The position numbers and the translations under genes are program-made. From Candidatus Shapirobacteria bacterium (GTDB taxonomy: Bacteria; Patescibacteriota; Microgenomatia; UBA12405), in contig JBAZYN010000001.1 of NCBI GenBank assembly GCA_041659325.1, positions 131,428-195,427 of the forward strand: a DNA stretch of 64,000 bases, in the 5' to 3' direction. Shown here piece by piece: positions 1 through 10,482 of the stretch. A model generated the notes under the pieces. The model saw only the letters and a program-made list of their open reading frames with translations, was not told where the DNA came from and did no database searches. Position 1 is the first letter of the stretch. Each line of letters begins with the position of its first letter.

Positions 1-1206
1 CACTAAATTTGCCACTTTAATCCCCTCCCGTACGGCATAATTTGTTCCTCTGTCTTCCGGAAATATTTGAGCAAAGTTCGCAGAATATACTTTGACTTTG
101 TTTAATTCGTAATTCGTAATTGGTAATTGAAAATTAGTTGTTACCACATGCTGGGCGTTTTTAAATCTAAACAAAAATTTTTTAATAATCTTTTTCCTGT
201 CAAACTCGGGATATATCTTTTTCAAATAATCAAAAAATTCGTTATAAACATTTTCGTCACTTTCGGTAAATAACTTATGATCATGAGGTATATATGCTCC
301 CATATAATAAACAAAATCACCCCCATATTGACAATACCCCACAAGGTTAGTGTGTTGGATAAACGCCAAAAAGGGGGACTCAATATCATTGATATTATGC
401 CAATAGTATTGACTCAAATTTTGTTTCGACGTAAATACTACGTTAACCGCCCCCAAATAATCAATTCCTTTTGACGGAATCGTCGATATCACCGCATCGT
501 AATCTTTTATATCCTGCTTCAAATCAGCATGTACAATTTTAGTCTTTGTTTTGATAACTCCACCCATTTTTGTAATTTCTCCTCGCAATCTATCAATAAT
601 CAGCCCAAACCCCCCATCCATGTACCCCAATCTTTCTTTCCCGTCGGCATCCTTCGACCCGCCCCGGGTATGAATCCGAGCCCACAACCAGGCCATCGAC
701 ACTCGCTTGTATTTATCACCAAACTTTCCGACCAAAAGTGGCTTCCAAACTACCTGGTAGGCTCTCTCTCCGCACCACTTTTTCATCCATTTATAAGCCG
801 GGGTTTTCAAATATTTTTTCCACTTAATATCTTTTTGAAGATAAACTGCAGCCAGTCCCATTCTGATTTTGTCAACAATTCCCAAAGGTTTAAATTTTAA
901 AAGATCAATCGGGGTGACAAACGGATACATTTTACCGTCGTAGTAGAGCCCAATCGAGCTTTCATACCACCTTAAGCGGTTAGCCAATCCCAATTCCCGA
1001 ATCAGTTCTATGATTGATTTGTCGGTTCTAAAGATGTGGTGGTAGGTTTTTTCAAGATAATAATCGTTTATCCTAAAACTGCCCAGTAGTCCACCTAGTT
1101 CACATTCCTTTTCGGCCACTGTTACTGAAATTTCATTTTTAGCCAATTCATAGGCCGCAGTTAAACCGGTCAGTCCTCCGCCGATTATCAAAATTTTTTT
1201 CTTCAT
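1..1206 (-). CDS. FAD/NAD(P)-binding oxidoreductase (amine oxidase / phytoene desaturase / protoporphyrinogen oxidase-like), 3' end truncated by window edge
   Basis: Own translation of the minus strand from the ATG at 1206: MKKKILIIGGGLTGLTAAYELAKNEISVTVAEKECELGGLLGSF... This is a classic GxGxxG Rossmann dinucleotide-binding N-terminus. The frame stays open to position 1. It was missed by the ORF track because there is no stop in the window. Confidence 0.7.
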   Translation of the reverse strand, partial: MKKKILIIGGGLTGLTAAYELAKNEISVTVAEKECELGGLLGSFRINDYYLEKTYHHIFRTDKSIIELIRELGLANRLRWYESSIGLYYDGKMYPFVTPIDLLKFKPLGIVDKIRMGLAAVYLQKDIKWKKYLKTPAYKWMKKWCGERAYQVVWKPLLVGKFGDKYKRVSMAWLWARIHTRGGSKDADGKERLGYMDGGFGLIIDRLRGEITKMGGVIKTKTKIVHADLKQDIKDYDAVISTIPSKGIDYLGAVNVVFTSKQNLSQYYWHNINDIESPFLAFIQHTNLVGYCQYGGDFVYYMGAYIPHDHKLFTESDENVYNEFFDYLKKIYPEFDRKKIIKKFLFRFKNAQHVVTTNFQLPITNYELNKVKVYSANFAQIFPEDRGTNYAVREGIKVANLV

Positions 1207-1358
1207 TTTTCTATTTGTAAATTTATTATCTCACTGATATCATATAACGATATTTGTCGTAATGTTTGCCTCAAATCAAAGTAAATGACAATCCGCCGTA
1301 AGGCGGGTATTATTTCTTAATACGATATCAGATATATTTAATTTAAGATTAAACAAAA

Positions 1359-3467
1359 ATGGCCGAAGCTATAAAACTAAGTAAAAACAGAGATGTCTCT
1401 ATGGACAAAGTCAGGAATATTGGGATTATTGCTCATATTGATGGGGGGAAGACAACTACCACTGAACGGATTCTTTTCTATACCGGCAAAATCCACAAAA
1501 TCGGCTCCGTCGACGAAGGCACCACCACCACCGACTCTATGGTGCAGGAGAGAGAGAGAGGTATCACTATTCAATCGGCCTGCATTACCACTTTTTGGCA
1601 CGATTATCGTTTCAATATTATCGATACTCCCGGGCACGTTGATTTTACCGCCGAGGTCGAAAGATCTCTTCGCGTTCTCGATGGCGCCATCATGATCTTC
1701 GATGGTAATGCCGGTGTCCAGGCCCAATCAGAAACTGTTTGGCGTCAAGCCGGAAAGTACGGCGTACCCCGCCTGGCTTTTATAAACAAAATGGACAAAA
1801 TTGGTGCCTCCTTTGAAGGTACTCTCAAAAGTATTCATGATAAACTGCATGCCCCCGTTGTTCCGGTGGTCGTACCGATTGGTGAAGAGCATGCTTTTGT
1901 CGGCATAATTGACCTCATGAACCAAAAAATGATTGTTTACGACAAAGACGATCAGGGTATGGAATTTACCGTTAAAGACGTCAGCCCTGAGTACAAAGAT
2001 CTGGTTGCAAAATACAGAAGCCTGATGGTTGAAAAAATTGCCTGCGAAGACGAGGCTCTTATGGAAAAATTCTTAAACGACCAGGAAATTAGCGTCGCCG
2101 AATTAAAAGCCACCCTCAGGAAGGCCACCATTGCTCAAAGACTATTTCCGCTCTACTGCGGGGCTGCCTGGAGAAACAAAGGCATCCATCCCATCCTTGA
2201 TGGCATAGTTGATTATTTACCCTCCCCGCTTGACCTCCCGCCCGTAGAAGGATTTGATATCAATACCCACGAAAAAATACTTCGTAAGCCGATTAAAACT
2301 GAATATTTATCCGCTCTTCTTTTTAAGGTTCAGTCCGATGCTCATGTAGGTACTCTTTCTTATGTTCGGGTGTACTCCGGAACCATCAAAACGGGGATGG
2401 AGGTCTACAATACCACCAAGCAAAAAACCGAAAGAATAGGACGTATATTGTTAATGCATGCCGACAAAAGAGAAGGTATCGAAGAGGGTTACGCCGGCGA
2501 GATTGTTGCCTGTATAGGTTTAAAAGAGTCGACCACCGGGGATACCCTTTGCGACAAAGATCATATTATTTCTCTTTCCCCCATCCAATTTTCTGAACCT
2601 GTTATCTCCTTATCGATCGAGCCGGAAACTGCCGACGATCAGGAAAAAATGGGTGCCGCTCTCAACCGCCTGTCGTCTGAAGATCCTACCTTCAGAGTCA
2701 GCTACAACCACGAAACCGGTCAAACTATTATTGCCGGTATGGGTGAATTATATTTGGAGATAATAGTTGACCGTTTGCGTCGGGAATTTGGAGTCAATGT
2801 TAAAACTGGAGCTCCCCAGGTCGCCTATCGTGAAACAATTAGCCTCAACGCAGAGGGAGAAGGTAAATATATCCATCAATCAGGTGGTCATGGTCAATAC
2901 GGCCACTGTAAAATCAGGGTTGAGCCAAAAAATCGCAGTGAAGGTATCGAATTTGTGAACGCCGTTAAAGGCGGTGCCATCCCTTCAAACTTTATTCCGG
3001 CAATCGAAAAGGGTGTCCGTGAAACTTTACAAAAGGGAATAATTGCCGGTTATCCCTGTACCGATATAAAGGTAACCGTCTACGATGGTACCTATCATGA
3101 CGTAGACTCTTCAGAAATGTCCTTCAAGCTAGCCGGTTCTTTTGCCATCAAAGACGCTTTTGTCCAAGCCAAGCCCTTAGTCCTAGAACCGATTATGAAG
3201 TTCGAGGTGGCCACCCCCTCAGAATTTTTGGGCACGGTCATCGGTGATCTTTCTTCCCGTCGTGGACAAATCATCGGAACTTCTGAGACTTTTGGTTTTA
3301 CCACTGTAAATGCTTTTATCCCCCTCGAAGAGGTTAGAGGTTATGCTACAGTTATTAGAAGTTTAACCCAGGGCAGGGGATCATTTTATATGGAACCCTC
3401 CCACTACGATCCTGTCCCCCGTGATGTTCAGGAGAAGTTGACCACCAAGACTCAAGCCGGTAAATAA
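1359..3467 (+). CDS. fusA: elongation factor G
   Basis: 702 aa. It carries a G-domain (AHIDGGKTT, DTPGHVDF, NKMD) and EF-G domains II-V. Confidence 0.95.
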   Translation: MAEAIKLSKNRDVSMDKVRNIGIIAHIDGGKTTTTERILFYTGKIHKIGSVDEGTTTTDSMVQERERGITIQSACITTFWHDYRFNIIDTPGHVDFTAEVERSLRVLDGAIMIFDGNAGVQAQSETVWRQAGKYGVPRLAFINKMDKIGASFEGTLKSIHDKLHAPVVPVVVPIGEEHAFVGIIDLMNQKMIVYDKDDQGMEFTVKDVSPEYKDLVAKYRSLMVEKIACEDEALMEKFLNDQEISVAELKATLRKATIAQRLFPLYCGAAWRNKGIHPILDGIVDYLPSPLDLPPVEGFDINTHEKILRKPIKTEYLSALLFKVQSDAHVGTLSYVRVYSGTIKTGMEVYNTTKQKTERIGRILLMHADKREGIEEGYAGEIVACIGLKESTTGDTLCDKDHIISLSPIQFSEPVISLSIEPETADDQEKMGAALNRLSSEDPTFRVSYNHETGQTIIAGMGELYLEIIVDRLRREFGVNVKTGAPQVAYRETISLNAEGEGKYIHQSGGHGQYGHCKIRVEPKNRSEGIEFVNAVKGGAIPSNFIPAIEKGVRETLQKGIIAGYPCTDIKVTVYDGTYHDVDSSEMSFKLAGSFAIKDAFVQAKPLVLEPIMKFEVATPSEFLGTVIGDLSSRRGQIIGTSETFGFTTVNAFIPLEEVRGYATVIRSLTQGRGSFYMEPSHYDPVPRDVQEKLTTKTQAGK

Positions 3468-3489
3468 TTATTAGTTATATATAAAAAAT

Positions 3490-3900
3490 ATGGCTTATCC
3501 TACCGAGATGTTACGAGAAGCAGTTAAATATTTAAGAGTTCATACTGGTAGATGTTATGACGACCGTGGGGATGAGTGGCCAAGATATGACGATGGTCCT
3601 GTTGTTTCAACTGCTGATAGTCTCGCCCGACGTCTTGAAGAACTTGCTGCCCATCCTGATAATTACAGTAAACCTCCAATAATTCAAATAAGTACCCGAC
3701 CCGGATTTGGATCTACTGCACACTCCCCTCAACAAGCGGTAGAATCTCTAAGGTGTGCGGCAGATGTTATTTCTTCCGTTCTAATAGTAGCAAGCCTCCC
3801 AATTCGAAGAGTTCAGTCTTCTCCTCAAGAAATTAATGAAGGCAGATCTCCCTACTTGATTGAAGTTGACCTACGGGAACTATCAATTACAAATCCATAA
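3490..3900 (+). CDS. hypothetical protein (ORFan inserted between fusA and tuf)
   Basis: 136-aa ORF with no recognisable motif. It is followed by a 130-nt AT-rich spacer and an AAGGAG SD before tuf. Its Arg-rich composition is atypical for neighbouring genes. Confidence 0.4.
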   Translation: MAYPTEMLREAVKYLRVHTGRCYDDRGDEWPRYDDGPVVSTADSLARRLEELAAHPDNYSKPPIIQISTRPGFGSTAHSPQQAVESLRCAADVISSVLIVASLPIRRVQSSPQEINEGRSPYLIEVDLRELSITNP

Positions 3901-4030
3901 ATGCAAATTTGCTCGATACTCCGCCTTGCAAACGGAAAATTAAGCTGATACAATTCTAAAGCGTTTTAAGCTAAAATTAAAATATTACATATTCGTCCAA
4001 AAGACACAAACAAACAAAAAAGGAGACACA

Positions 4031-5206
4031 ATGGCAGCAGATACATATAAAAGGTCCAAGCCGCACGTTAATGTAGGTACTATTGGTCACGTCGACCATG
4101 GGAAAACAACCTTAAGTGCAGCAATCGCGAAAGTTCAGGGGAATCCAAAATCATATGCCGATATAGCCAAAGGCGGAACTGTTAGAGATGCCAATAAAAT
4201 CGTCACTATCGCAATTTCTCATATCGAATACGAAACAGAAAAAAGACACTATGCCCACATTGACTGTCCTGGTCATGCTGATTATGTCAAAAACATGATT
4301 ACCGGTGCTGCTCAAATGGATGGTGCAATTCTGGTAGTTTCCGCTCCGGACGGCCCAATGCCGCAAACCCGCGAACACGTCCTTTTAGCCAAACAGGTAA
4401 ACGTCCCCAATCTAGTCGTATTTTTAAATAAAGTCGATTTAGTTTCCGACCCAGAATTTTTAGATTTGGTGGAAATGGAAATCCGCGATCTTTTAACCAA
4501 GTACGGCTATCCAGGTAGTGAAATCCCTATTATTCGTGGCTCTGCCCTGAAAGCCCTAAATGGTGATGCCGAAGGTGTTGAGTCCATCAAGAAACTCATG
4601 GAAGCTCTCGATACTTATATCCCTGAGCCAAAACGTGAACTGGACAAACCTTTCCTTATGCCTATCGAAGATGTCTTCTCTATCAAAGGTAGAGGCACTG
4701 TCGCAACCGGTAGAATCGAAAGGGGAATAGTCAAGATCAACGAAGAAGTCGAAATTGTCGGCCTAAGGCCAACCAAGAAGTGTGTTATAACCGGTGTCGA
4801 AATGTTTCACAAAATTCTTGATCAGGGGCAAGCTGGCGACAATGTCGGTCTTTTACTCCGCGGTGTTGAAAAAGATGATATCGAAAGAGGGCAAGTATTG
4901 GCCAAAGGTGGCACAATTACTCCTCACACAGAATTTAAAGCCCAAGTTCTTTTACTCAAAAAAGAAGAAGGCGGCCGCCACACCCCGGTTTTCACCGGCT
5001 ATCGTCCTCAAGTCTTTATTAGAACTACCGATGTTACCGGCGATGTCAAATTACCCGAAGGTATGGAAATGGTCATGCCCGGTGACAATGCCAATGTTGT
5101 TATTACCCTAATTAAACCGGTTGCTATGGAAGTTGGTTTCCGCTTCGCTATCCGTGAAGGTGGACTTACCGTCGGTGCTGGTTCTATTACAGAAATTATC
5201 AAGTAA
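4031..5206 (+). CDS. tuf: elongation factor Tu
   Basis: 391 aa with [17 protein letters not shown] and NKVD motifs. An AAGGAGA SD sits upstream. Confidence 0.97.
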   Translation: MAADTYKRSKPHVNVGTIGHVDHGKTTLSAAIAKVQGNPKSYADIAKGGTVRDANKIVTIAISHIEYETEKRHYAHIDCPGHADYVKNMITGAAQMDGAILVVSAPDGPMPQTREHVLLAKQVNVPNLVVFLNKVDLVSDPEFLDLVEMEIRDLLTKYGYPGSEIPIIRGSALKALNGDAEGVESIKKLMEALDTYIPEPKRELDKPFLMPIEDVFSIKGRGTVATGRIERGIVKINEEVEIVGLRPTKKCVITGVEMFHKILDQGQAGDNVGLLLRGVEKDDIERGQVLAKGGTITPHTEFKAQVLLLKKEEGGRHTPVFTGYRPQVFIRTTDVTGDVKLPEGMEMVMPGDNANVVITLIKPVAMEVGFRFAIREGGLTVGAGSITEIIK

Positions 5207-5209
5207 AAA

Positions 5210-5521
5210 ATGACCAAAGGTAGCCGCATCCGCATTAGACTAAAATCATTTGATCATCGTATCATTGATGAAGCCGCCTCCAAAATAGTTGAGGTTGCGG
5301 TTACCGCCGGAGCTCATGTTCAGGGGCCTATTCCTCTTCCTACAGACAGGAAAATTATCACTGTGCTGACTAGTCCCCACACAGACAAAAACGCCCGGGA
5401 TCATTTCCAGGTGCTTACCCACAAACGCCTTATCGATATCTCCAATACCAGTTTGAGAACTGTCGATAGCCTTCAGCATTTAGATCTTCCCTCCGGCGTT
5501 GAAGTAGAAGTTAAGATGTAA
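5210..5521 (+). CDS. rpsJ: 30S ribosomal protein S10
   Basis: 103 aa. IRIRLKSFDHRIID...TSPHTDKNARDHFQ is a typical S10 sequence. It is the first gene of the S10 operon. Confidence 0.95.
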   Translation: MTKGSRIRIRLKSFDHRIIDEAASKIVEVAVTAGAHVQGPIPLPTDRKIITVLTSPHTDKNARDHFQVLTHKRLIDISNTSLRTVDSLQHLDLPSGVEVEVKM

Positions 5522-5523
5522 TT

Positions 5524-6147
5524 ATGATCTCAGGCTTCATTGCAAAAAAAGGTCCCATGACCAGCGTCTTTACTGAAAACGGCAAAAGAATTGGTGTTTC
5601 CAAGCTGATTGCCGCTCCTCTCACGGTGACCCAAATAAAAACACCCCAAAAGGATGGTTATCCGGCCATCCAGATTGCCTATGGTTCAAGAAAAAAAATC
5701 ACCAACAAGGCGGTTTCCTCCAAGATTACAAAATTAAAATTAGATATTACTCCAAAAGGCTTTAAAGAATTTGAAGTGGTATCTGACCAAATTCCTGAAA
5801 TTGGAAAGGAGATCGCAATCGACTCGGTTTTTTCTGTAGGTGATACGGTAAAAGTGACCGGGGTAACCAAGGGACACGGTTTTTCCGGTGTCATCAAAAG
5901 GCACGGTTTCCATCGTCAACCTGTTTCTGGCGGTCAATCTGACAGAGTCAGGGCTCCGGGTTCCATCGGTGCTCAAACCCCCGGCAAAGTTTTAAAAGGA
6001 AAAAAGATGCCCGGTCATTTCGGAAACACCCAAAAAAGTGTCCTAAATTTAAAAATAGTATCCATCAATCCAGAAACCTCAGAAATCACCCTAAGTGGCT
6101 CTGTTCCCGGTTCTTACAACTCCTGGGTAATTATTTCAAAAAGCTAA
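5524..6147 (+). CDS. rplC: 50S ribosomal protein L3
   Basis: 207 aa. L3 signatures (GxTKGHGFSGVIKRH...Q) and operon position. Confidence 0.95.
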   Translation: MISGFIAKKGPMTSVFTENGKRIGVSKLIAAPLTVTQIKTPQKDGYPAIQIAYGSRKKITNKAVSSKITKLKLDITPKGFKEFEVVSDQIPEIGKEIAIDSVFSVGDTVKVTGVTKGHGFSGVIKRHGFHRQPVSGGQSDRVRAPGSIGAQTPGKVLKGKKMPGHFGNTQKSVLNLKIVSINPETSEITLSGSVPGSYNSWVIISKS

Positions 6148-6150
6148 ACT

Positions 6151-6786
6151 ATGAAAACTCAACTTTACGACATTAACGCAAAACAAATTGGCGAAATAAC
6201 TTTGCCATCTACCGTTTTTGGCGCCCAAATATCCGAGCAATTAATCTCTAATTCTATCCGGACTTCACTTTCTAACAAAAGAAGCGCATTGGCCAAGACC
6301 AAGCATCGGGGAGAAGTTGCCGGAACTACCAAAAAAATGTGGGCTCAAAAAGGTACCGGTCGCGCTCGCCATGGTAGTGCCAAAGCCCCCATTTTTGTCG
6401 GTGGCGGAAGTGCTCACGGGCCGAGAGGTGAGCGAAATTTTGACACAAAGGTCAATTCTAAAGCCAGAAAAATGGCTGTTAACTCCATTCTTTCTAAATT
6501 CGCAAAAAATAAAAGTATTCTGGTTGTCGAAAAATTAAATACCATTTCTCCAAAAACCAAAGAGGGAATCAAACTAATTACTGGACTTAAAGGCGTTAAT
6601 GAAGTATTATCAAAAAGTTCAAAAGTGGGGATAATCAGTAGCAAAACACTGGTTAATGTCCGCCGGGCCTTTGGTAACATCCCAAAAGTCCGTCTTTTAT
6701 CCCTTAAATCGTTGAATGTCCTCGATCTTTCCAATCAAAATTCACTGATTTTTACCAAAAGAGCAATTGAGCAATTAACCAAATAA
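6151..6786 (+). CDS. rplD: 50S ribosomal protein L4
   Basis: 211 aa. L4-like KGTGRARHGS motif and operon position. Confidence 0.93.
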   Translation: MKTQLYDINAKQIGEITLPSTVFGAQISEQLISNSIRTSLSNKRSALAKTKHRGEVAGTTKKMWAQKGTGRARHGSAKAPIFVGGGSAHGPRGERNFDTKVNSKARKMAVNSILSKFAKNKSILVVEKLNTISPKTKEGIKLITGLKGVNEVLSKSSKVGIISSKTLVNVRRAFGNIPKVRLLSLKSLNVLDLSNQNSLIFTKRAIEQLTK

Positions 6787-6787
6787 A

Positions 6788-7096
6788 ATGAACCTATCTA
6801 GTCCCAACCATATTATTTTAAAACCGATCACGACCGAAAAATCTCTCAAGGATCAAGCTACCGGGAAATATCTTTTTCAGGTTGATCTGAAAGCCACAAA
6901 AAGTCAGATTTCTGCCGCCTTCAAAACCATTTTCGGAATAAGTCCGCAAACAATCAACACTAATAAAATCAAGGGCAAAATCAAAACCGACTGGAAAAAA
7001 CGTCGCCCGATCCGAAAGCCCGATATTAAAAAAGCCATAATTACTGTAAAAAAAGACCAAAAAATTGAATTATTATCACCTCCAAAAACTAAATAA
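6788..7096 (+). CDS. rplW: 50S ribosomal protein L23
   Basis: 102 aa. Position between rplD and rplB. L23-like N-terminus (ILKPITTEKS). Confidence 0.9.
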   Translation: MNLSSPNHIILKPITTEKSLKDQATGKYLFQVDLKATKSQISAAFKTIFGISPQTINTNKIKGKIKTDWKKRRPIRKPDIKKAIITVKKDQKIELLSPPKTK

Positions 7097-7099
7097 CCC

Positions 7100-7846
7100 A
7101 TGAGCTTTCCCCGTTCCTTATTAACTATTAAAAAGAAAATTACCGGCCGTGACTCAAAAGGCCACATTTCCGTCAGACATCGTGGCGGTGGCGAAAAAAG
7201 GTATCTAAGGGACATTGATTGGAAAAGGGATCAAATTGACATCAAGGCCAGAGTTATTTCAATCGATTATGATCCCAACCGCACTGCGGACATTGCTCTT
7301 TTATCATATACTAATGGTCTTAAATCATACATTTTGGCTACCAGCAAACTCAAGGTAAACGACGTTGTCGTATGTTCCCAAAACGCTCCCATTAAAGAAG
7401 GTAACCGTTCGTTTTTGAAAAATATTCCGGTTGGTATTCCTATCCACTGTCTCGAAATCAAACCGGGCAAACCGGCTCAGATGGTAAAAAGTGCCGGTTC
7501 TGCTGCCTATATCCAAAGTATAGATGGTGATAAAACCATCGTTAAGCTACCCTCTGGCGAAATCCGAATTTTCCACTCAGAATCCAAAGCCACCATTGGT
7601 CAGGTCGGAAATTCCGAACATAATACTCAAAAATTAGTAAAAGCCGGAGATTCTCGTCATCGCGGTATTCGTCCCACAGTTAGGGGTATAGCTCAGAATC
7701 CGCATTCCCATCCGCACGGAGGCGGTGAGGGCAGAAGTTCAATTGGTATGAATCCCAAGACTCCATGGGGTCGTCCGGCCATGGGAAAGAAAACCAGAAA
7801 ACTCAAAAAAGCTTCCAACAAACTAATTATTAAACATCGTAAATAA
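7100..7846 (+). CDS. rplB: 50S ribosomal protein L2
   Basis: 248 aa. L2 motifs GRDSKGHISVRHRGGG and SHPHGGGEGR. Confidence 0.95.
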   Translation: MSFPRSLLTIKKKITGRDSKGHISVRHRGGGEKRYLRDIDWKRDQIDIKARVISIDYDPNRTADIALLSYTNGLKSYILATSKLKVNDVVVCSQNAPIKEGNRSFLKNIPVGIPIHCLEIKPGKPAQMVKSAGSAAYIQSIDGDKTIVKLPSGEIRIFHSESKATIGQVGNSEHNTQKLVKAGDSRHRGIRPTVRGIAQNPHSHPHGGGEGRSSIGMNPKTPWGRPAMGKKTRKLKKASNKLIIKHRK

Positions 7847-7890
7847 TTTTAATTTTTTAACTTTATAACTTTATAAACTTTTAACTTATT
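7847..7890 (+). promoter_or_regulatory. AACTTTATAACTTT motif spacer (rplB-rpsS)
   Basis: AACTTTATAACTTTATAAACTTTTAACTT. The same motif occurs at 15056-15087 (secY-adk) and 16918-16964 (rpsK-rpsD). Confidence 0.3.
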
Positions 7891-8169
7891 ATGTCCCGAA
7901 GTTCACGAAAAGGTCCATATATCGACAAAAAGCTTCTCGAAAAAATAGGCAAGCAATCTCTTGCCGGTGAAGCCATAAAAACTTGGGCCAGAAAAAGCCA
8001 AATTTCCCCCGAATTTGTCGGTCACAACCTTGCTGTTCACAACGGTAAAAAATTCATTAACGTCCATGTTACCGAAGATATGGTTGGCCACCGTGTTGGT
8101 GAATTTTCTCCCACCAGAACCTTTAAAGGCCACGGACGTGTCGTTAAGAGAGTTATAGAAAAGACGTAA
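7891..8169 (+). CDS. rpsS: 30S ribosomal protein S19
   Basis: 92 aa. The [38 protein letters not shown] segment is typical of S19. Confidence 0.95.
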   Translation: MSRSSRKGPYIDKKLLEKIGKQSLAGEAIKTWARKSQISPEFVGHNLAVHNGKKFINVHVTEDMVGHRVGEFSPTRTFKGHGRVVKRVIEKT

Positions 8170-8172
8170 AAT

Positions 8173-8583
8173 ATGGTTAATCCTATTAAAAATACTAAGC
8201 CCCCTGAGGTCGAAAAAGCAGTCGAAAAGCCAGTTGCCCCGATTGTTCGCTATCTTAATAAAAATATCAAGATTTCCCCTCGGAAATTAAGACTACTGGC
8301 CAGGACTATCAAAAAAGTAACACCTCAAGTCGCCCTTACTCAGCTTAAGTTTACCAACAGTAAATCAGCCAGAGTACTCTTAAAAGCTGTCCAAACGGTA
8401 ATTTCTACCGCCAAAAGCAACTATAGCCTAGCTCCCGAAACATTAACATTTGATTCCATCCGTGTTGACGAAGGGCTAAAAATAAAACGTATGGACAAAT
8501 CTCACGGTTCCCGTTTTTCCCGTGGTTTAATCCAAAAAAGACACAGCCGTCTTGAAATAAAAGTTAAAGTTAAAACCAACTAA
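8173..8583 (+). CDS. rplV: 50S ribosomal protein L22
   Basis: 136 aa. Operon position between rpsS and rpsC. L22-like core. Confidence 0.9.
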   Translation: MVNPIKNTKPPEVEKAVEKPVAPIVRYLNKNIKISPRKLRLLARTIKKVTPQVALTQLKFTNSKSARVLLKAVQTVISTAKSNYSLAPETLTFDSIRVDEGLKIKRMDKSHGSRFSRGLIQKRHSRLEIKVKVKTN

Positions 8584-8587
8584 AAAT

Positions 8588-9229
8588 ATGGGTCAAAAAG
8601 TAAATCCTATCGGTTTTAGGCTAGAAACAACCAAGAATAGTCCTGAATGGCAATCTTCCTGGTATGCCGATAAGAAAAAATATTCGGCACTTTTAATTCA
8701 GGACAAGGTCATTCGTGATTATCTTCAGAAAAAGTTATATTCAGCCGGTGTCGTTGCTCTAAAAATAGAACGCTCAACCAAAAGACTGAAATTAGTTATT
8801 ATCGTTAGCCGTCCCGGCTTAGTAATCGGTCGTGGCGGTAAAGAATTAGAAGCGATAAAAAAGGATATCCTTAAGCTGTTGCCAAAAACCAGCGGTAAGC
8901 AAAATGTCGAGATTCAGGTCGAAGAATTTAAACACAGTGATTTGTCAGCTAAGCTGATTGGCGAAAAAATTGCCTATCAGTTAACCAAAAGATTACCCTA
9001 CCGACGGGCCGTATTATCAGCCATGGAAAAATCAATTCAAGCCGGCGCAAAAGGTATCAAAGTTATTTTGTCCGGTCGTATAAACGGTGCCGAAATTAGC
9101 CGTCGGGAAAAATTTTCCCAGGGGAAAGTTCCCCTAAGTACAATCCGCGCCAACATTGATTATGCAGAATGTCCCTCATTAACCAGATCGGGTTATATCG
9201 GTGTAAAAGTTTATTTGTGTTTATTTTAA
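8588..9229 (+). CDS. rpsC: 30S ribosomal protein S3
   Basis: 213 aa. KH domain, [13 protein letters not shown]-terminus and GRINGAEI motif. Confidence 0.95.
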   Translation: MGQKVNPIGFRLETTKNSPEWQSSWYADKKKYSALLIQDKVIRDYLQKKLYSAGVVALKIERSTKRLKLVIIVSRPGLVIGRGGKELEAIKKDILKLLPKTSGKQNVEIQVEEFKHSDLSAKLIGEKIAYQLTKRLPYRRAVLSAMEKSIQAGAKGIKVILSGRINGAEISRREKFSQGKVPLSTIRANIDYAECPSLTRSGYIGVKVYLCLF

Positions 9230-9236
9230 TATCACT

Positions 9237-9638
9237 ATGTTACAACCAAGCCGAACAAAATATAGAAAAGCTTTCCGTGGTCGAAAACACGGATTATCTC
9301 AAGGGTTCCTGGTCTCCTTCGGCGATTACGGCCTAAAATCACTTGAAGCCAGTTGGATTACCGCCAACCAAATTGAATCTGCCCGTCGGGCTATCGCCCA
9401 TGCCACCAAAAGAAATGGTAAAGTGTGGATTAGAATTTTTCCGGACAAACCATATACCGCTAAAGGTGCCAATTCGATGGGTGCCGGAAAAGGTGACGTC
9501 AAAGGCTATGTTTGTGTTGTCAAACCCGGGAGGATAATGTTTGAAGTTTCTGGGTTAACTGAACCTCAGGCCCGCGAAGCTTTACTTTTGGCCTCAGCAA
9601 AATTGCCTGTTACTACAAAAATTATAAAAAGAAAATAA
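9237..9638 (+). CDS. rplP: 50S ribosomal protein L16
   Basis: 133 aa. [11 protein letters not shown]...RMGAGKG is an L16 hallmark. Confidence 0.95.
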   Translation: MLQPSRTKYRKAFRGRKHGLSQGFLVSFGDYGLKSLEASWITANQIESARRAIAHATKRNGKVWIRIFPDKPYTAKGANSMGAGKGDVKGYVCVVKPGRIMFEVSGLTEPQAREALLLASAKLPVTTKIIKRK

Positions 9639-9649
9639 ACCTGGATTTT

Positions 9650-9868
9650 ATGAAAAAAACTGATAAAATTGCCTACAGGCAGAAAAGCTCCGAAGAGCTC
9701 CAAAAAACACTTTCTGACTTAAGGAATAAAATAGTTGAGCTAAAAGCCAAATTTTATTCCGGTAATCAAAAAGATACTTCTGTATTTAAAAAAGTTAAAT
9801 ACGAAATCGCCCTGATTTCAACGGTTCTCCGTCAACAAGAGGGTCAGAAACAAAATGACAAGCAATAA
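9650..9868 (+). CDS. rpmC: 50S ribosomal protein L29
   Basis: 72 aa. Position between rplP and rpsQ. L29-like helical sequence (ELQKTLSDLRNKIVELKAK). Confidence 0.85.
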   Translation: MKKTDKIAYRQKSSEELQKTLSDLRNKIVELKAKFYSGNQKDTSVFKKVKYEIALISTVLRQQEGQKQNDKQ

Positions 9869-10112
9869 TAACAAAAAATTAGGCAAGACATTTATCGGTG
9901 AAGTAGTCTCTGATAAAATGAAAAATACCATTGTGATTACAATGGAATACAAAAGTCGTCATCCTTTATACAAAAAAATTGTCAAAAAAAATAAAAAGAT
10001 TTACGCTGAAAACAATCTCTCGGCTAAAATTGGCGATATCGTAAAGGTCCGGGAAACTCGGCCTTTAAGTAAACTAAAAAGATTTACTACGTTAGAAATC
10101 CAGACGAAATAA
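9855..10112 (+). CDS. rpsQ: 30S ribosomal protein S17
   Basis: 85 aa. GEVVSDKMKNTIVI...YKSRHPLYKK matches S17. Confidence 0.9.
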   Translation: MTSNNNKKLGKTFIGEVVSDKMKNTIVITMEYKSRHPLYKKIVKKNKKIYAENNLSAKIGDIVKVRETRPLSKLKRFTTLEIQTK

Positions 10113-10113
10113 C

Positions 10114-10482
10114 ATGATCCAGCTAAGAAGCACCATCACTGTTGCCGATAATTGTGGAGCTCGTACTGCTCAGATTATTCACATTTACAAGGGTTATTTT
10201 CACAAAAAGGGCGGTATCGGTGACATTGTCATGGGCGTGGTCCAGGACTCAATTCCAAACGGTATGGTCAAGGCCAAAGAAAAGATAAAAATGGTAATTG
10301 TCAGGACAAAAAAAGAGACAGGTCGTACCGATGGATCGTACATTCGCTTTAGTGATAATGCCGGTGTTATAATTGATTCTCAAAATAACCCCAGAGGGAC
10401 AAGAATTTTTGGTCCGATAGCCAGGGAAATTAAAGATTTGGGCTTCAACAAAATTGCCTCAATGGCAAAAGAGGTTTATTGA
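10114..10482 (+). CDS. rplN: 50S ribosomal protein L14
   Basis: 122 aa. MIQLRSTITVADNCGAR is a canonical L14 N-terminus. Confidence 0.95.
   Translation: MIQLRSTITVADNCGARTAQIIHIYKGYFHKKGGIGDIVMGVVQDSIPNGMVKAKEKIKMVIVRTKKETGRTDGSYIRFSDNAGVIIDSQNNPRGTRIFGPIAREIKDLGFNKIASMAKEVY

Noticed and set aside
277-900. Two plus-strand ORFs (277-474, 529-900)
   Set aside because: Both lie inside the minus-strand FAD-dependent oxidoreductase gene (1-1206), which has a clear Rossmann N-terminus. Their low-complexity translations are artefacts.
1377-1925. Antisense ORFs inside fusA (1377-1727 -, 1728-1925 -)
   Set aside because: They are embedded in an unambiguous EF-G coding sequence.
3901-4030. tmRNA (tag-like frame ANGKLS* at 3926-3946)
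   Set aside because: No tRNA-like 5'/3' domain (no GGGG...UUCGA...CCA elements) and no resume-codon context. It is just AT-rich spacer.
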